A stretch of 64,000 bases of DNA from Nitrospirales bacterium (GCA_965203295.1 CBDBCZ010000019.1:1024001-1088000); one strand, 5' to 3'. Positions 1 through 11,265 are shown, counted from the stretch's first letter. The notes: a model not told the origin generated them from the sequence alone. Made by a program: numbers and translations.

Positions 1-2
1 AA

Positions 3-635
3 TTGGGATCCGGCACGAAAACTACACTCGTCGATCCAAAAGGGTTAAACATCACACCAGCCTTGTCGCCTGATGGAGAGACGCTAGCGTATGCTTCCGC
101 GAAGGAAGGGAATTCAGAAATTTATACCATGAACTTATCAACACAAGAAGTGACCCAATTAACGTTTCCCCCTGGCGCTGCTCTTTCTCCTTCCTGGTCC
201 CCCAACGGGCGAGAAATTGTTTTTACCTCAGATCGGGGCCGAAAGCCTCAACTGTATATTATGAGTGCGGATGGGTCGAATGTTCGTCGTTTGACCTTTG
301 AAGGGAAATATAACGCTGCCCCATCATGGTCACCTCGTGGGGAATGGATCGCCTATGTGTGTCGAATACCGAAGCAAGGATTTCGATTATGCCGGATTTC
401 TCCGGATGGCCAAGAACGATCGCAGATTACGTCAGGGTCTCATGAGGAAATGGACGACTCACCCTCTTGGTCTCCCGATGGGCGACATCTCGTGTTTAGT
501 TCTATGCGGAATGGGCAGAGCCACATTTATATGATCAATGATGATGGGACAGAGCTCGAGCAGCTAACATCTGGCGGAACCCATCACAGTTCCCCGTCTT
601 GGTCTCCCATACAGGGTTCTCCTGGACAGATGTGA
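3..635 (+). CDS. tolB: TolB, C-terminal beta-propeller (5' end outside window)
   Basis: Repeated PD40-type motifs (PSWSPNG, PSWSPRG, PSWSPDG); upstream of cpoB-like gene. Confidence 0.85.
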   Translation: MGSGTKTTLVDPKGLNITPALSPDGETLAYASAKEGNSEIYTMNLSTQEVTQLTFPPGAALSPSWSPNGREIVFTSDRGRKPQLYIMSADGSNVRRLTFEGKYNAAPSWSPRGEWIAYVCRIPKQGFRLCRISPDGQERSQITSGSHEEMDDSPSWSPDGRHLVFSSMRNGQSHIYMINDDGTELEQLTSGGTHHSSPSWSPIQGSPGQM

Positions 636-780
636 ACGTGTACTCCTGATGTAAGTTAAATTGGCGAGCAGACTATGGCCTAGAAGCGTATGGGTTAAGG
701 GATGGGAACGTGACGATCGAATCGGCCTGAGGAAAATCCTTACAAGAAAGATGGTCCTTCGTTTTTCAAAAGGGGTAGGC

Positions 781-2607
781 ATGGCACACAATTTTTTCTT
801 AAGCGGTTTGGAGCGCAATCTGTCGAAATTTTCAAAGAGATGGAGACATGTTCTTAGCCGAGGTTCAGGTTCCGCAGGGTTGATTCTGTTGTGTCTGGGG
901 TTGTCGTCTTGCGCTCAACAAGCAGATTTGGTCCGCGTTCAAAAGGAATTTCAAGTCAAAACGGCTAAGCTCGATCGTGAGAAGAAGGAGCTTGAACAAA
1001 CCGTGCAAGATACCAGCGTAGAGTCCCAAAAGGACCGCGATGAACTCAAATCAGAATTGGCTCAATTATTGCGGCAAGCTGAAGCCCGGTTAAACAGTAA
1101 ACTGAAGAGTATCAGGGAAGAAATTTTAGCTGGAATCTCTAGTGACGTGGAAATTGAACGTCACCGAATCGATGAACTCGATCGGCGGTTGGATGAAGAG
1201 CGAGCAAACGTAGGAGGAGAAATCACTCAGCTAAGAGAATCTCTGGAACAACAGGGGAGTCAACAAAGTACCCAAATCACGGCTTTGGATCAGAAGATTG
1301 ACCAGCAGTTTACTCGACAAGGTGAGCAGACAAAAAAGCAAATGGAAAACTTTCAGCGATCATTTGTTGAGTTTAAGCAGGCCTTAGAGGCCGTGAAAGA
1401 TGCCCTAGGGGAAGAGAAGCAGCGAGCGACTCAAAAAACCGGTGATGTCGCTTCCAAACTGGAATCCACGTCTAAAGCCAATACTGAGCAATTTCAAAAA
1501 GTCAATCAAAGCCTCGAATCCATGAAGCAGGCGTTGAATGAATCGACAAGAGCCCTGAACTCTCGGCTCGATAGTCAGCGTGAGCATGTGGACAAGTTTC
1601 AGAATAAGGCCGAATTAAAGATGCAAACTGTTGAGCAAGATATGCAAGCGCATGGAAACCAGTTGAAGGAGGTGATCCATTCCATCACTCAAATCCGAGA
1701 TGTACTGGCTACCACTGGGACGACTCTAGGACAACAGGTCGATAAACAAACCCAACAGGTGAAGCAGATGGACACGCGGTTGGAACAACTGGAGACGGAA
1801 ACACACGGCCTGGACAAGAATATTCAAAGTTCTCATGCTCAATCCCAGGACCTCATCCAATCAATGACCCAACTCCGCGAAGCGTTAGCTTCGACTGGGC
1901 ATACATTGGGGACCCAGTCGGAGAAACAAGCTCAGTACATCAATACCTTACAAACACAACTTGAGCAGCTCGAAGCAAAGTCAGAGGGAGTTCGTCATGA
2001 TCTGGAAAGCAATAACACCCAACTGCAAGCGCTGACCCAGTCGATGGTGAAATTGCAGGAAGCACTCGCGAAGACGGGAAGCACGTTGGGGAAACAGGTT
2101 GAGAATCAAGTCAAGGAACTCAAGAATCAAGTAAAAGAACTCGACTCAACCACTCATCGATTGGCTCAACTTGAACAACATCAAAAGACATTATCCGATA
2201 AATTAGAAACCGACACCCAAGCCTTACGGGGTTATTTGGAGAAGGATGTGCAGTCGAGTATCCGGTCTGTTGTGGAAGAACTCCATCGGGTGGACCAATC
2301 TCTCTCAGTTCGTCTTCAGGAGCAAGAGCGTCAATTCGGACAGTCGACGAGTCATGTTCAGGAATCCCTGACGCAGATCAAGGGTGACGTGAACGCGAAC
2401 GTCGGTCACATGAATGAACTGACGAGAACGGTCGGACAGCTTCGGGAGGTGGTGGCCTCAATCGGAACGAAAATGGGGAAACGAGTCGATAAACATGACG
2501 AGATTCTGTCTCGGTTGGCGAAGGACTTGGAAAACATGAAAGGGCGACAGAAGACAAGCCAGGCGGGAAAGGTTCCACGAAAACACCGTGAAACTGTTGG
2601 CAGGTGA
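781..2607 (+). CDS. Long coiled-coil putative lipoprotein in the tol-pal locus (start uncertain, ORF open from 661)
   Basis: Lipobox-like LCLGLSSC, then ~560 aa Q/E/K/L heptad-rich sequence with ~60-aa internal repeats. Confidence 0.7.
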   Translation: MAHNFFLSGLERNLSKFSKRWRHVLSRGSGSAGLILLCLGLSSCAQQADLVRVQKEFQVKTAKLDREKKELEQTVQDTSVESQKDRDELKSELAQLLRQAEARLNSKLKSIREEILAGISSDVEIERHRIDELDRRLDEERANVGGEITQLRESLEQQGSQQSTQITALDQKIDQQFTRQGEQTKKQMENFQRSFVEFKQALEAVKDALGEEKQRATQKTGDVASKLESTSKANTEQFQKVNQSLESMKQALNESTRALNSRLDSQREHVDKFQNKAELKMQTVEQDMQAHGNQLKEVIHSITQIRDVLATTGTTLGQQVDKQTQQVKQMDTRLEQLETETHGLDKNIQSSHAQSQDLIQSMTQLREALASTGHTLGTQSEKQAQYINTLQTQLEQLEAKSEGVRHDLESNNTQLQALTQSMVKLQEALAKTGSTLGKQVENQVKELKNQVKELDSTTHRLAQLEQHQKTLSDKLETDTQALRGYLEKDVQSSIRSVVEELHRVDQSLSVRLQEQERQFGQSTSHVQESLTQIKGDVNANVGHMNELTRTVGQLREVVASIGTKMGKRVDKHDEILSRLAKDLENMKGRQKTSQAGKVPRKHRETVGR

Positions 2608-2650
2608 CTGTGCAGTCAGAGGAAAGAAAAGTCGTTGGACATAATATTGT

Positions 2651-3262
2651 ATGATAGTCTCAATTGGTCTGGTTGCTTGCCTGTGTTCTACGTTGAGTGA
2701 TTCGAACACAGGATTGATGAAGGAGGTTGAGAGATCCTTCCTATCAAAAGGATCAACCCTGGTTCAGATGCGATGGGAGCCTAGTCAATGGATGGCATAC
2801 CTGCAACGAAGGGCGGAGCCCGAGCCTGTGAAGACGCCGAACCTCGTCCTTGCGAAAGAGTCGTCGAATAAGAGATTGCGAAGCCAACGAATCACTCCTT
2901 CGAAGGCTTTCCGTCCAGCCTATATTGATTTCGTGAAAGGGAATTATGATCTCGCCATAGAAGGTTTCCGGCAGTTTATTAAGGATTACCCCAAGAGTTC
3001 CTTAGCTCAACAAGTCTATTATTATTTGGGTGAGGCCTATTACCATTCCCGTTCCTATACGTCAGCCGTCCAGACGTTTGAGACGCTTCACCGCAACTAC
3101 CCTAACAGTCGGCATGTTCCGTCGGCGCTCTTTAAGTTGGGGTTAATTATGGATGAGATGGAGAAAGGAAAGAAGGCGAGAGCCTATTGGCTGACCGTCA
3201 GTCGGAAGTATCCTCGATCCTCCGAAGCTCAGTTAGCTAAGCAAAAGTTAGCTAGGGAATAG
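2651..3262 (+). CDS. cpoB: Tol-pal system TPR protein CpoB/YbgF
   Basis: TPR segment GNYDLAIEGFRQFIKDYPKS...YYLGEAY...ALFKLG...YPRSSEAQLA. Confidence 0.75.
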   Translation: MIVSIGLVACLCSTLSDSNTGLMKEVERSFLSKGSTLVQMRWEPSQWMAYLQRRAEPEPVKTPNLVLAKESSNKRLRSQRITPSKAFRPAYIDFVKGNYDLAIEGFRQFIKDYPKSSLAQQVYYYLGEAYYHSRSYTSAVQTFETLHRNYPNSRHVPSALFKLGLIMDEMEKGKKARAYWLTVSRKYPRSSEAQLAKQKLARE

Positions 3263-3315
3263 GTGCTCTTTTTTTAAAGGCTCGAATGATGAGATGACTC
3301 TGAACAGGATAGCCG

Positions 3316-5130
3316 ATGAAGGAAGAACAGCCTAACAGGACAATCCACATCCTCCCCGATGTAGTTGCCACGCGTATCGCTGCGGGCGAAGTCGTGGAAC
3401 GACCAGCGGCTGTAGTTCGGGAGTTGGTGGATAATAGCCTGGATGCAGGTAGTACGATGGTCAGAATCGATGTGGAGGAGGGAGGGAAACGGTTGATTCG
3501 AGTCACGGATGATGGCGAAGGCATGAATGCATCTGATGCCCCAATAGCGTGTCGGCGCTTCGCAACAAGTAAATTGAGCACTGAAGATGATTTGTTTGGG
3601 ATTCGAACGTTTGGATTCCGAGGAGAAGCTCTGCCGAGTATTGCTGCTGTTTCCCGCTTTCGGCTTCTCACTGCCTGTCGTGGTGAGACGCTTGGCACTT
3701 CCGTTCAGATTGAAGGAGGAGGGGAATCGGTTTTGGGTCGAGAAGCCACATCGTCAGGGACACAGGTTGAAGTCCGCAATTTATTTTTTAACACACCAGG
3801 CCGGCAAAAATTTCTAAAGTCGACATCGACGGAATTCTCTCATATTTGTCAGGTTGTTCAGCAAGCCGCCTTGGCCCGCCACAAGACGCATTTTCGGTTA
3901 CTGCATAAGAATCGTCTTGTGTTAGAGTTCTCTTCAGTTCCAACGAAAGCTGATCGAATTTTACAACTGTATAGGGGAACATTTGTGGAATCCGCCTTTC
4001 CAATCAGTATGGAGGGAAGTGGACTTCAAGTGGAGGGGATGACCGTCAGCCCGTATTTCGCTCGGACGTCCCGAATTCCTCAGGATATTTTTGTGAACGA
4101 CCGTCCTGTCAAAAACGCGACGATTTTGCACGCTGCGTATGAGGCCTATTCCTCTTTCCTTCCTAAGGGGCGCCATCCCGTCTTTGTCATCTTTGTCAAG
4201 ATAGATCCGACTCAGGTGGATGTGAATGTGCATCCCGCTAAACGAGAGGTGAAATTTGCTCAGTCGGATATGGTCCATCAATTGGTCAAGGAGGCCGTTC
4301 GACGTCCGTTGCACCAACAAGGAGTCGGTTTTTCTCAGCCTGGCACTATTTCAGAGCAACAGATGCCTTCTTCTCAGAGCGAAGTATCCGGAAGGGCAGG
4401 GGATTCTCACTCGTTTGGCTTAAAATGGGGATCAGTTGAGGGATCAACGGTTCCAGCCAGCGCTTATGAAACCCAAGGATCATCTCCAATTCCTAAGGCC
4501 CATGGTGGAGGAACGGTCCATGATTCCCTTCAACAGTATGAACTTCAAAAAATCCAGGACGTTATCGTGTTGGGCCAAGTGAATCGAACATTTCTTATTG
4601 CTCAAGTGGACTCTCTCTTTTATGTTTTTGACCAACATACGATTCATGAACGGGTGCTGTATGAACGGTTATGGCGAGGATGGCTTCAACAAGAAATTCC
4701 GAGTCAGCCTCTTCTCATTCCTGAACCTGTTGATTTGCCTCCTCATGCAGCCGTGTTATTGTCAAACTATCTCAAGGATTTGGCTCTGGTGGGTCTGGAA
4801 ATTGAGCCTTTTGGGGCCCATTCATTTATCATTCGATCTGTCCCTTCACTTCTTGGTACATGCGACTATGGTGCCTTAGTGGCTGATCTGTTAGATGATC
4901 TCAGTAAGTGGGAGAATCTGCAATCGTTGGAAGAAAAGGTGAAGCAGATTTTTGCGTCGATGGCTTGTCAAGGAGCGGTTCAGGCTGGCCGTTCGATGGA
5001 ACATTCTGAAATCAAGCAGGTTATTGAAGATTGGATTGGAGAAGGGAATCCAATGACGTGCCCTCATGGACGGCGTGTCGCGATGCGCTTTTCCATGGAC
5101 GAGTTACACCATATTTTTGGACGGTCTTGA
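3316..5130 (+). CDS. mutL: DNA mismatch repair protein MutL
   Basis: IAAGEVVERP, GFRGEAL, DVNVHPAKREV, DQHTIHER, CPHGR motifs. Confidence 0.97.
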   Translation: MKEEQPNRTIHILPDVVATRIAAGEVVERPAAVVRELVDNSLDAGSTMVRIDVEEGGKRLIRVTDDGEGMNASDAPIACRRFATSKLSTEDDLFGIRTFGFRGEALPSIAAVSRFRLLTACRGETLGTSVQIEGGGESVLGREATSSGTQVEVRNLFFNTPGRQKFLKSTSTEFSHICQVVQQAALARHKTHFRLLHKNRLVLEFSSVPTKADRILQLYRGTFVESAFPISMEGSGLQVEGMTVSPYFARTSRIPQDIFVNDRPVKNATILHAAYEAYSSFLPKGRHPVFVIFVKIDPTQVDVNVHPAKREVKFAQSDMVHQLVKEAVRRPLHQQGVGFSQPGTISEQQMPSSQSEVSGRAGDSHSFGLKWGSVEGSTVPASAYETQGSSPIPKAHGGGTVHDSLQQYELQKIQDVIVLGQVNRTFLIAQVDSLFYVFDQHTIHERVLYERLWRGWLQQEIPSQPLLIPEPVDLPPHAAVLLSNYLKDLALVGLEIEPFGAHSFIIRSVPSLLGTCDYGALVADLLDDLSKWENLQSLEEKVKQIFASMACQGAVQAGRSMEHSEIKQVIEDWIGEGNPMTCPHGRRVAMRFSMDELHHIFGRS

Positions 5131-5132
5131 AA

Positions 5133-6158
5133 ATGGGGATGCTGGAAGCCAACGTCAGGCCTATAAAATGTGGGCAAAATGTGCTGATCACTGAAAAACC
5201 TTTGATCGTTCTTGTTGGTCCGACAGCTATTGGAAAAAGTCGAATTGCGATTCATGTGGCCAAGCAGCTGGGTACGGAAATTTTGACTGCGGATTCCACG
5301 CAGGTCTACCGTGGCATGGACATTGGGACTGATAAACCTTCTCTCACAGAACAGGAGGAAGTGGCTCATCGTCTCATCAATCTTGTGAATCCCGATGAAC
5401 CCTTCAATGCAGGTGAATACCGTCGATTAGCCATAAAGGAAATTGAGCGATTGTACGAGAATGGATGTCTTCCGTTCGTCGTGGGGGGAACTGGTCTGTA
5501 TGTTCGGGTGTTGGTCCGTGGAATCTGGTCGGGTCCTCCCGTGGATTGGTCCATACGGTATCAACTGGAAGAAGAAAGCCGCCAAAGGGGAATGGAAGAT
5601 CTCTATCGGGAGTTGAGCGCAGTCGATCCAGACTCTGCTCGTCAACTCCATCCGAATGATCGGGTCAAAGTCTTGCGAGCGCTTGAGGTCTATCGTCAAA
5701 TGGGAGTGCCCCGCTCGCAAGCCCATCAACGACACGGGTTTCAGGATTGTCCTTTTCGACTTCTCTTCATAGGTCTTTCTATGAATCGACAAAGTCTCTA
5801 TGAACGTATTGAGGCTCGTGTGGAGCTTGAATTGTCCAAGGGATTGGTTCAAGAGACTCAAACACTCTTACACAAGAGGTTTTCCCGGGACTTGACCTCC
5901 ATGAAAAGTCTCGGGTATCGGCAAATGGCCAGTTACCTTGTTGGTGAATGTGATTACCAAGAAGCTGTCAGGCGTCTCAAACGGGATACTCGGCATTTCG
6001 CAAAGCGGCAATTGACCTGGTTTCGAAAAGAACCGGACATCGAATGGCTCGAATTAGCAGAGGAGGATCAACCAGAAAACGTTGCGAGCCGAATCCTGGC
6101 GCGAATCGAGAAGTTCTATGTGCAGTTGTCGAAACGTGATGGTGTTCATTCTCTCTAA
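5133..6158 (+). CDS. miaA: tRNA dimethylallyltransferase
   Basis: GPTAIGKS, DSTQVYRGMDIGTDKP, VGGTGLY, FAKRQLTWF; follows mutL. Confidence 0.96.
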   Translation: MGMLEANVRPIKCGQNVLITEKPLIVLVGPTAIGKSRIAIHVAKQLGTEILTADSTQVYRGMDIGTDKPSLTEQEEVAHRLINLVNPDEPFNAGEYRRLAIKEIERLYENGCLPFVVGGTGLYVRVLVRGIWSGPPVDWSIRYQLEEESRQRGMEDLYRELSAVDPDSARQLHPNDRVKVLRALEVYRQMGVPRSQAHQRHGFQDCPFRLLFIGLSMNRQSLYERIEARVELELSKGLVQETQTLLHKRFSRDLTSMKSLGYRQMASYLVGECDYQEAVRRLKRDTRHFAKRQLTWFRKEPDIEWLELAEEDQPENVASRILARIEKFYVQLSKRDGVHSL

Positions 6159-6233
6159 CGTCCATAGCGCTGGATGCCCTTTCTCAGGATGTGAGAGGAA
6201 GCGAATAAAGAATTGAGATGGTGAGTCATAGGC

Positions 6234-7130
6234 ATGAGAAAAAACACACAAGCTGAAATTGCGGTGATTGGGGGCAGTGGGCTTTATGAAATGGAAAGGC
6301 TCAAGGATATTCGTGAAGTACGCCCTTCGACACCGTTTGGGCGTCCTTCTGCTGCCCTGGTTCTTGGAAACCTTCAAGGGAGACGAGTGGCGTTTCTGTC
6401 AAGACATGGACGTGGGCACCGAATCAGTCCGTCGGCCATTAATTATCGAGCTAATATTTATGCGTTGAAATCTGTCGGGGTCAGACAAATTTTTTCGGTG
6501 AGCGCGGTGGGGAGTATGAAGGAAACGATTAGGCCAGGGGACATGGTTTTGCCTGATCAATTTATCGATCGTACACAGCATCGTATCTCGACTTTTTTCG
6601 ATCAAGGGGTTGTCGCACATGTAGCCTTTGCCGACCCCCTTTGTCAGACCCTCTCCACGTTGTTAAGGAAAGCTGCACAAGAGGTTGGTGTCACGGTTCA
6701 TAAAGGCGGAACCTATTTATGTATAGAGGGCCTGCAATTTTCTACTCGTGCTGAATCCTTCCTCTATCGGCGGTGGGGAGTTGAAATTATCGGGATGACG
6801 AACCTTCCCGAGGCTAAGCTTGCTCGTGAAGCGGAGATGTGTTATGCCACCCTCGCCTTAGTCACAGATTATGATTGTTGGCACGAGAGTGAAGAGGCCG
6901 TCTCCGTTGGAGCCATTTTACAGATCATGCATCACAATGTGTTAATGGCAAAGCAGGTGTTGAGACGAGCGATCTCGTGGGTTCCCAAGGCAGAGGTGTG
7001 TCCATGCATGACGGCCCTGGACCAGGCCGTTGTCTCTTCCCTCAAGGGTCTCCCCAAGACAACAAAACAACGCTATCACCTCCTGCTCGGTCGGTATCTT
7101 CAAAAATCCCAGAAAAAGAAAGGACGTTGA
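6234..7130 (+). CDS. mtnP: S-methyl-5'-thioadenosine phosphorylase
   Basis: IGGSGLY, RHGRGH, NYRANIYAL, GMTNLPEAKLARE, VTDYDCW. Confidence 0.92.
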   Translation: MRKNTQAEIAVIGGSGLYEMERLKDIREVRPSTPFGRPSAALVLGNLQGRRVAFLSRHGRGHRISPSAINYRANIYALKSVGVRQIFSVSAVGSMKETIRPGDMVLPDQFIDRTQHRISTFFDQGVVAHVAFADPLCQTLSTLLRKAAQEVGVTVHKGGTYLCIEGLQFSTRAESFLYRRWGVEIIGMTNLPEAKLAREAEMCYATLALVTDYDCWHESEEAVSVGAILQIMHHNVLMAKQVLRRAISWVPKAEVCPCMTALDQAVVSSLKGLPKTTKQRYHLLLGRYLQKSQKKKGR

Positions 7131-7134
7131 TCAA

Positions 7135-8052
7135 ATGGGAAGATTGTTAGTTGTTGGGTCAATGGCGTTTGATACGGTACGAACCCCTTTTGGTGAGGCG
7201 ACGGAGGTGTTGGGAGGATCAGCCACCTATTTTGCCACTTCGGCCAGTTTTTTTACGGGTGTCGACTTGATTGCTGTTATGGGAGAAGACTTCCCTGAAC
7301 AACATCTGGAATTCCTCAAAAGCCGAGGAATTGATCTCACTGGTCTGGAGCGTCAAAAGGGAGCTACATTCCGGTGGCGTGGTGAATATACCTATCAATT
7401 AAACGAGGCACATACACTGGATACCCAATTGAATGTGTTGGAGACGTTTCGCCCCAAAATACCTGAGTCCTACCGAACTCCCGATATGTTGTTTCTGGGA
7501 AATATTGATCCGGAACTGCAACTCGACGTTCTCAAGCAAGTCAAACGTCCTAGGATCGTAGCCTGCGATACCATGAATTTTTGGATTGATGGGAAACGTG
7601 AGGCTCTCTGGCGAGTATTAGAAGAGGTGGATGTCTTGCTGATCAACGATGGTGAAGCGCGTGCATTGGGTCAAGATTCTAATCTCGTGAAGGTCGCCCA
7701 ACACGTATTAAGCAAGGGCCCTAAGCACCTCATTATTAAACGTGGAGAATACGGTGTACTCATGTTTCATCAGAACAAAGTGTTTGGAGCGCCTGCCTAT
7801 CCCCTGGAGATGGTGAAAGATCCCACAGGCGCAGGAGATACCTTTGCTGGGGGGTTCATGGGGCACCTGACTGCGACTGGAGATTTTTCCGATGTGGGTC
7901 TGCGACGAGCCGTGGTTTTTGGGAGTGTGATGGCATCCTTTACCGTTGAGACGTTCAGTCTTGACCGTCTCCGGTCTTTGACAATTCAGGAAGTCAAGAC
8001 TCGGTTTAGCGACTTTAAACGCCTGACACACTTTGAGGATCTGACTCAATAA
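7135..8052 (+). CDS. PfkB-family sugar/nucleoside kinase
   Basis: GGSATY N-terminal motif and DPTGAGDTFAGGF signature. Confidence 0.9.
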   Translation: MGRLLVVGSMAFDTVRTPFGEATEVLGGSATYFATSASFFTGVDLIAVMGEDFPEQHLEFLKSRGIDLTGLERQKGATFRWRGEYTYQLNEAHTLDTQLNVLETFRPKIPESYRTPDMLFLGNIDPELQLDVLKQVKRPRIVACDTMNFWIDGKREALWRVLEEVDVLLINDGEARALGQDSNLVKVAQHVLSKGPKHLIIKRGEYGVLMFHQNKVFGAPAYPLEMVKDPTGAGDTFAGGFMGHLTATGDFSDVGLRRAVVFGSVMASFTVETFSLDRLRSLTIQEVKTRFSDFKRLTHFEDLTQ

Positions 8053-8211
8053 CATGCCATGCCTTTTGGAAAATAGTATGGGTTCTTGAAGGCCTGACTT
8101 GAATGACGAGCTCGAACATTAGCTATTCCAGTTGTCATCATTGTCTAGGACAACGTTTTTAGGAGATTTTGACGTGATAGTCGGGTGTGTGAAAGAAAGA
8201 GCAAGAGAGTC

Positions 8212-9060
8212 GTGACAGCGTCAGTTGGTGAATATTTAAAACAGGCGAGAGAGTCCCAGGGGCTCACGTTGGAGCAGGCTGCCTTACTCACGAAGATTCA
8301 GCAGCCATTCCTCCAGGCGTTGGAGGAAGAGAATTTCTCAGGGTTACCGGAACAGGTGTTTACGAAGGGGTTTGTGCGGACCTATGCCCGATCACTCAAG
8401 GCTGATGAAGGAGAAGCCTTACGTCGGTTTTCAGAAACAGCCAGTTCATATTATTCACAAGGTGAAGATGACAGACGCAAAGTCTTGAAGCAAATCGAGG
8501 ATGAACGACGAGGGAAACTCAATCGAAATGTTGTCATGGTAGTCACCGGAACCATGTTGATTGGATTGGTTTATGTCTTGCCGCTTCAACAATCGGGGTC
8601 TCCGCCATCTGATACCACCAATCAAACGAAGTCATCGCCTGTTCCCTCTAAACAAACAGTGGTTTCAAAACCGGATCTTTCTGGAGGCAGGGTAACTCAC
8701 GATGATCGAGGTTTTCGGGTTTCTGGTTCAAACCGACTCTCAGCGACCGTCGAATCGGGAAGCCAGGGCCAGCAGGTCATAGCCCCCCCCAGTTCTGAGA
8801 TTTCAGAGTCTCAGGCTCATGGAGATCTCGTGCTTGAACTTCAAGCGGCCGAAATTACCTGGGTCATCGTTCAGTCAGATGAGGGGGAGCCTCGTGAAGC
8901 TCTTCTCCAGCAAGGTGAAACTGCCAGATGGAGAGCAGCGGAACGCTTTATTCTCACATTAGGGAATGCTGGAGGGGTGTCAGTAAAATTAAACGGTATT
9001 CCCCAAGGGCCATTTGGAGAATCTGGAGTTGTCGTGCGAGACCTTGAAATCAAACCATAG
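8212..9060 (+). CDS. rodZ: RodZ-like protein (HTH, TM, DUF4115)
   Basis: VGEYLKQARE..LTLEQAA..KGFVRTYARSL HTH; single TM; C-terminal LGNAGGV. Confidence 0.85.
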   Translation: MTASVGEYLKQARESQGLTLEQAALLTKIQQPFLQALEEENFSGLPEQVFTKGFVRTYARSLKADEGEALRRFSETASSYYSQGEDDRRKVLKQIEDERRGKLNRNVVMVVTGTMLIGLVYVLPLQQSGSPPSDTTNQTKSSPVPSKQTVVSKPDLSGGRVTHDDRGFRVSGSNRLSATVESGSQGQQVIAPPSSEISESQAHGDLVLELQAAEITWVIVQSDEGEPREALLQQGETARWRAAERFILTLGNAGGVSVKLNGIPQGPFGESGVVVRDLEIKP

Positions 9061-9068
9061 GACCTCTT

Positions 9069-9533
9069 GTGGATCAGAATCAAGAAATCTTTGATACAAA
9101 GTCTCGGGTCGCTGAGCAAGAAGAGCAACGCGTACTCGTTGAACAATTAATACATACCGCCCGTCAGGCTATCCAGTTTGCTGTCGTTCCCTCTTCCCAG
9201 TTTCGGGTTGGAGCGGCAATTCAGTCAGCCGATGGGAGCGTGTTTAACGGCTGTAACATTGAAAGCCCTGTGTATTTAGGAATTTGTGCCGAACGAATCG
9301 CCTTGTTTAAGGCTCTGTCGGAAGGTGCTCAAGAATTTAAGTATCTGGCTGTTGTGTGCGAGGACAACATTTCATGTGTGCCGTGTGGGACCTATCGTCA
9401 ATTACTCTGGGAGTTCGCTCCTTCTCTCAATATCATTGTTCTGAATGAAGGCGGTACTCTCTCGATCCTTCCTATTTTGGATCTTCTCCCTTCTCCGTTT
9501 GAACGAGGAGAACGGGATCCATTTCGAAAGTAG
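9069..9533 (+). CDS. cdd: Cytidine deaminase (third Zn ligand appears substituted)
   Basis: FRVGAA, GCNIE, CAERIA, PCGTYRQ (expected PCGxCRQ), LLPSPF. Confidence 0.85.
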   Translation: MDQNQEIFDTKSRVAEQEEQRVLVEQLIHTARQAIQFAVVPSSQFRVGAAIQSADGSVFNGCNIESPVYLGICAERIALFKALSEGAQEFKYLAVVCEDNISCVPCGTYRQLLWEFAPSLNIIVLNEGGTLSILPILDLLPSPFERGERDPFRK

Positions 9534-9716
9534 TCCCCACTCCATTGTTCCGCTCCGGATTTCGGTTTACTCATCTATCATCACAAGCTTCATATCCTAT
9601 ATAACCCCTTCCATAAAGTTTCTTGAGTGGAATAATACTCTCCAGATTGAAACTTCTGAAGATTATTTTGGACAAGAGGACTATACCTTAATAAAATAGA
9701 CTCTTCTCAATGGCTT

Positions 9717-11084
9717 ATGATGCAAAGCATCTCAAATAGCGATCTGTGGATATCGTCACATTTTGTGAAAAATCAAAAGAAAAACCGTAGCGGATTTCTC
9801 CTTGGCGTCGTGATTATTCTGGTTATTGGTGTCATTGGTCCACGGATAAGCTGGGCCCAGGTTTCGGAAATTTCTTTTCCCTTTACGAGCGCCACAAGAC
9901 CGCAGGGGTATGCCAACTTTAATCGCTTACTGACGGAAGGTGGAATTCGTCTTGGTTCGATCATACTCCATCCGCATTTAGGCCTCGGGTCGGGTTATAT
10001 GGATAATGCCTTTCGAACAGAGACAAACAGGGAGCATGATTTTGTGTATGTCGTCTCCCCAGGGATTCAAGTGCAGGTTCCCTTTGCCGGAAGAAAACAT
10101 CAGTTTGTCGTTGACTACTGGGCAACGCAATTAATTTATGAGAGGTTTCCTGAGAATGATGGGATATTTCAGAAGGCAACAGGAAGGCTGATGTTCAATT
10201 TCCCGTCTGGGTTAAAAATGGATCTGCAAGGGGGGCACACAACAGGGATAATATCCAGAGGGGCGGTCTTAGATGTGGGGGCGCAAGAGCCAACGAAATG
10301 GAATACCAATACGTTCATTGGTTCGGCTGAAACCTTGGGTTCTTGGGCAGGGGTCCGCATGACGGCTGACTTCACTGATTGGAATTTTGAAAACAACGAC
10401 CAAGCTGCCCCTCAAGACCGGAACACCTATAGAGCGAATTTGACTTTTTTCGGATCAATCACACCCAAAACCTTCGCCCTTTTGGATTTCGACGTAGAAA
10501 AAAGTAATTATGATAAAAACATACAGAATGACAACTTTCAGTGGGGTGTGAATACAGGGATCCGGTTGAGTCCCACGGGAAAGACAACAGGAGAAATTTG
10601 AGCTGGATATGCATTTTTGACATTCGAAATGCGCCAGTCTCATCGGCTCCTCCAGGATTGAGTACAGGAGGATCAAATTCGCCACTTTTTAATTTCCGAG
10701 GCAAGCTTGTGTGGAAACCTACTTCTCGGTTAACCGTCGATTTGCGGCCAAGTAGAAAGTTTCAACAATCAGGGGTGAATAATACATCAGTATTTACTCA
10801 GACAGAGGTTTGGCTCGAGGTCACTCAAAAGATGGGGTCCCGCACAAGCCTTACTGGAACGTACCAGTTTAATCTGGATGAATTTGATGACCCTCAGATG
10901 ATTGATGGTCAGACAGATATACGAACAGACCACTTCCATCGGGCCACTATTGAAGTGCAATACGAAACCCTTAGGTGGCTTGGCTTGATCGTTCGATATG
11001 CACATGCCCGAAGAACTTCAACCTTTAGTAGCTTGGAATTTTATGCCAATACAAATAGGTGTTGGGCTTCAAGGCGCGTTTTAA
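9717..11084 (+). pseudogene. Outer-membrane beta-barrel protein (DUF2320-like), disrupted
   Basis: Signal peptide and alternating beta-strands; in-frame TGA at 10599-10601, frameshift ~10625, +1 A at ~11053 whose removal restores C-terminal ...IGVGLQGAF*. Confidence 0.7.
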
Positions 11085-11265
11085 CGAAATTGTAGGTATT
11101 CAAATGGCATGCTGGGCATAAAACGACTGAAGAAAACTTCGGAATCAGCACTAGCAGCACAGAATGTGTTTTCACATCATGCAACCTCTTAATATTATTG
11201 AGAAAGTTCTAGATATAGGTTGAATGTTTCAGTTGATTCCCTCGATTCCTCATGGACCTATTTTC

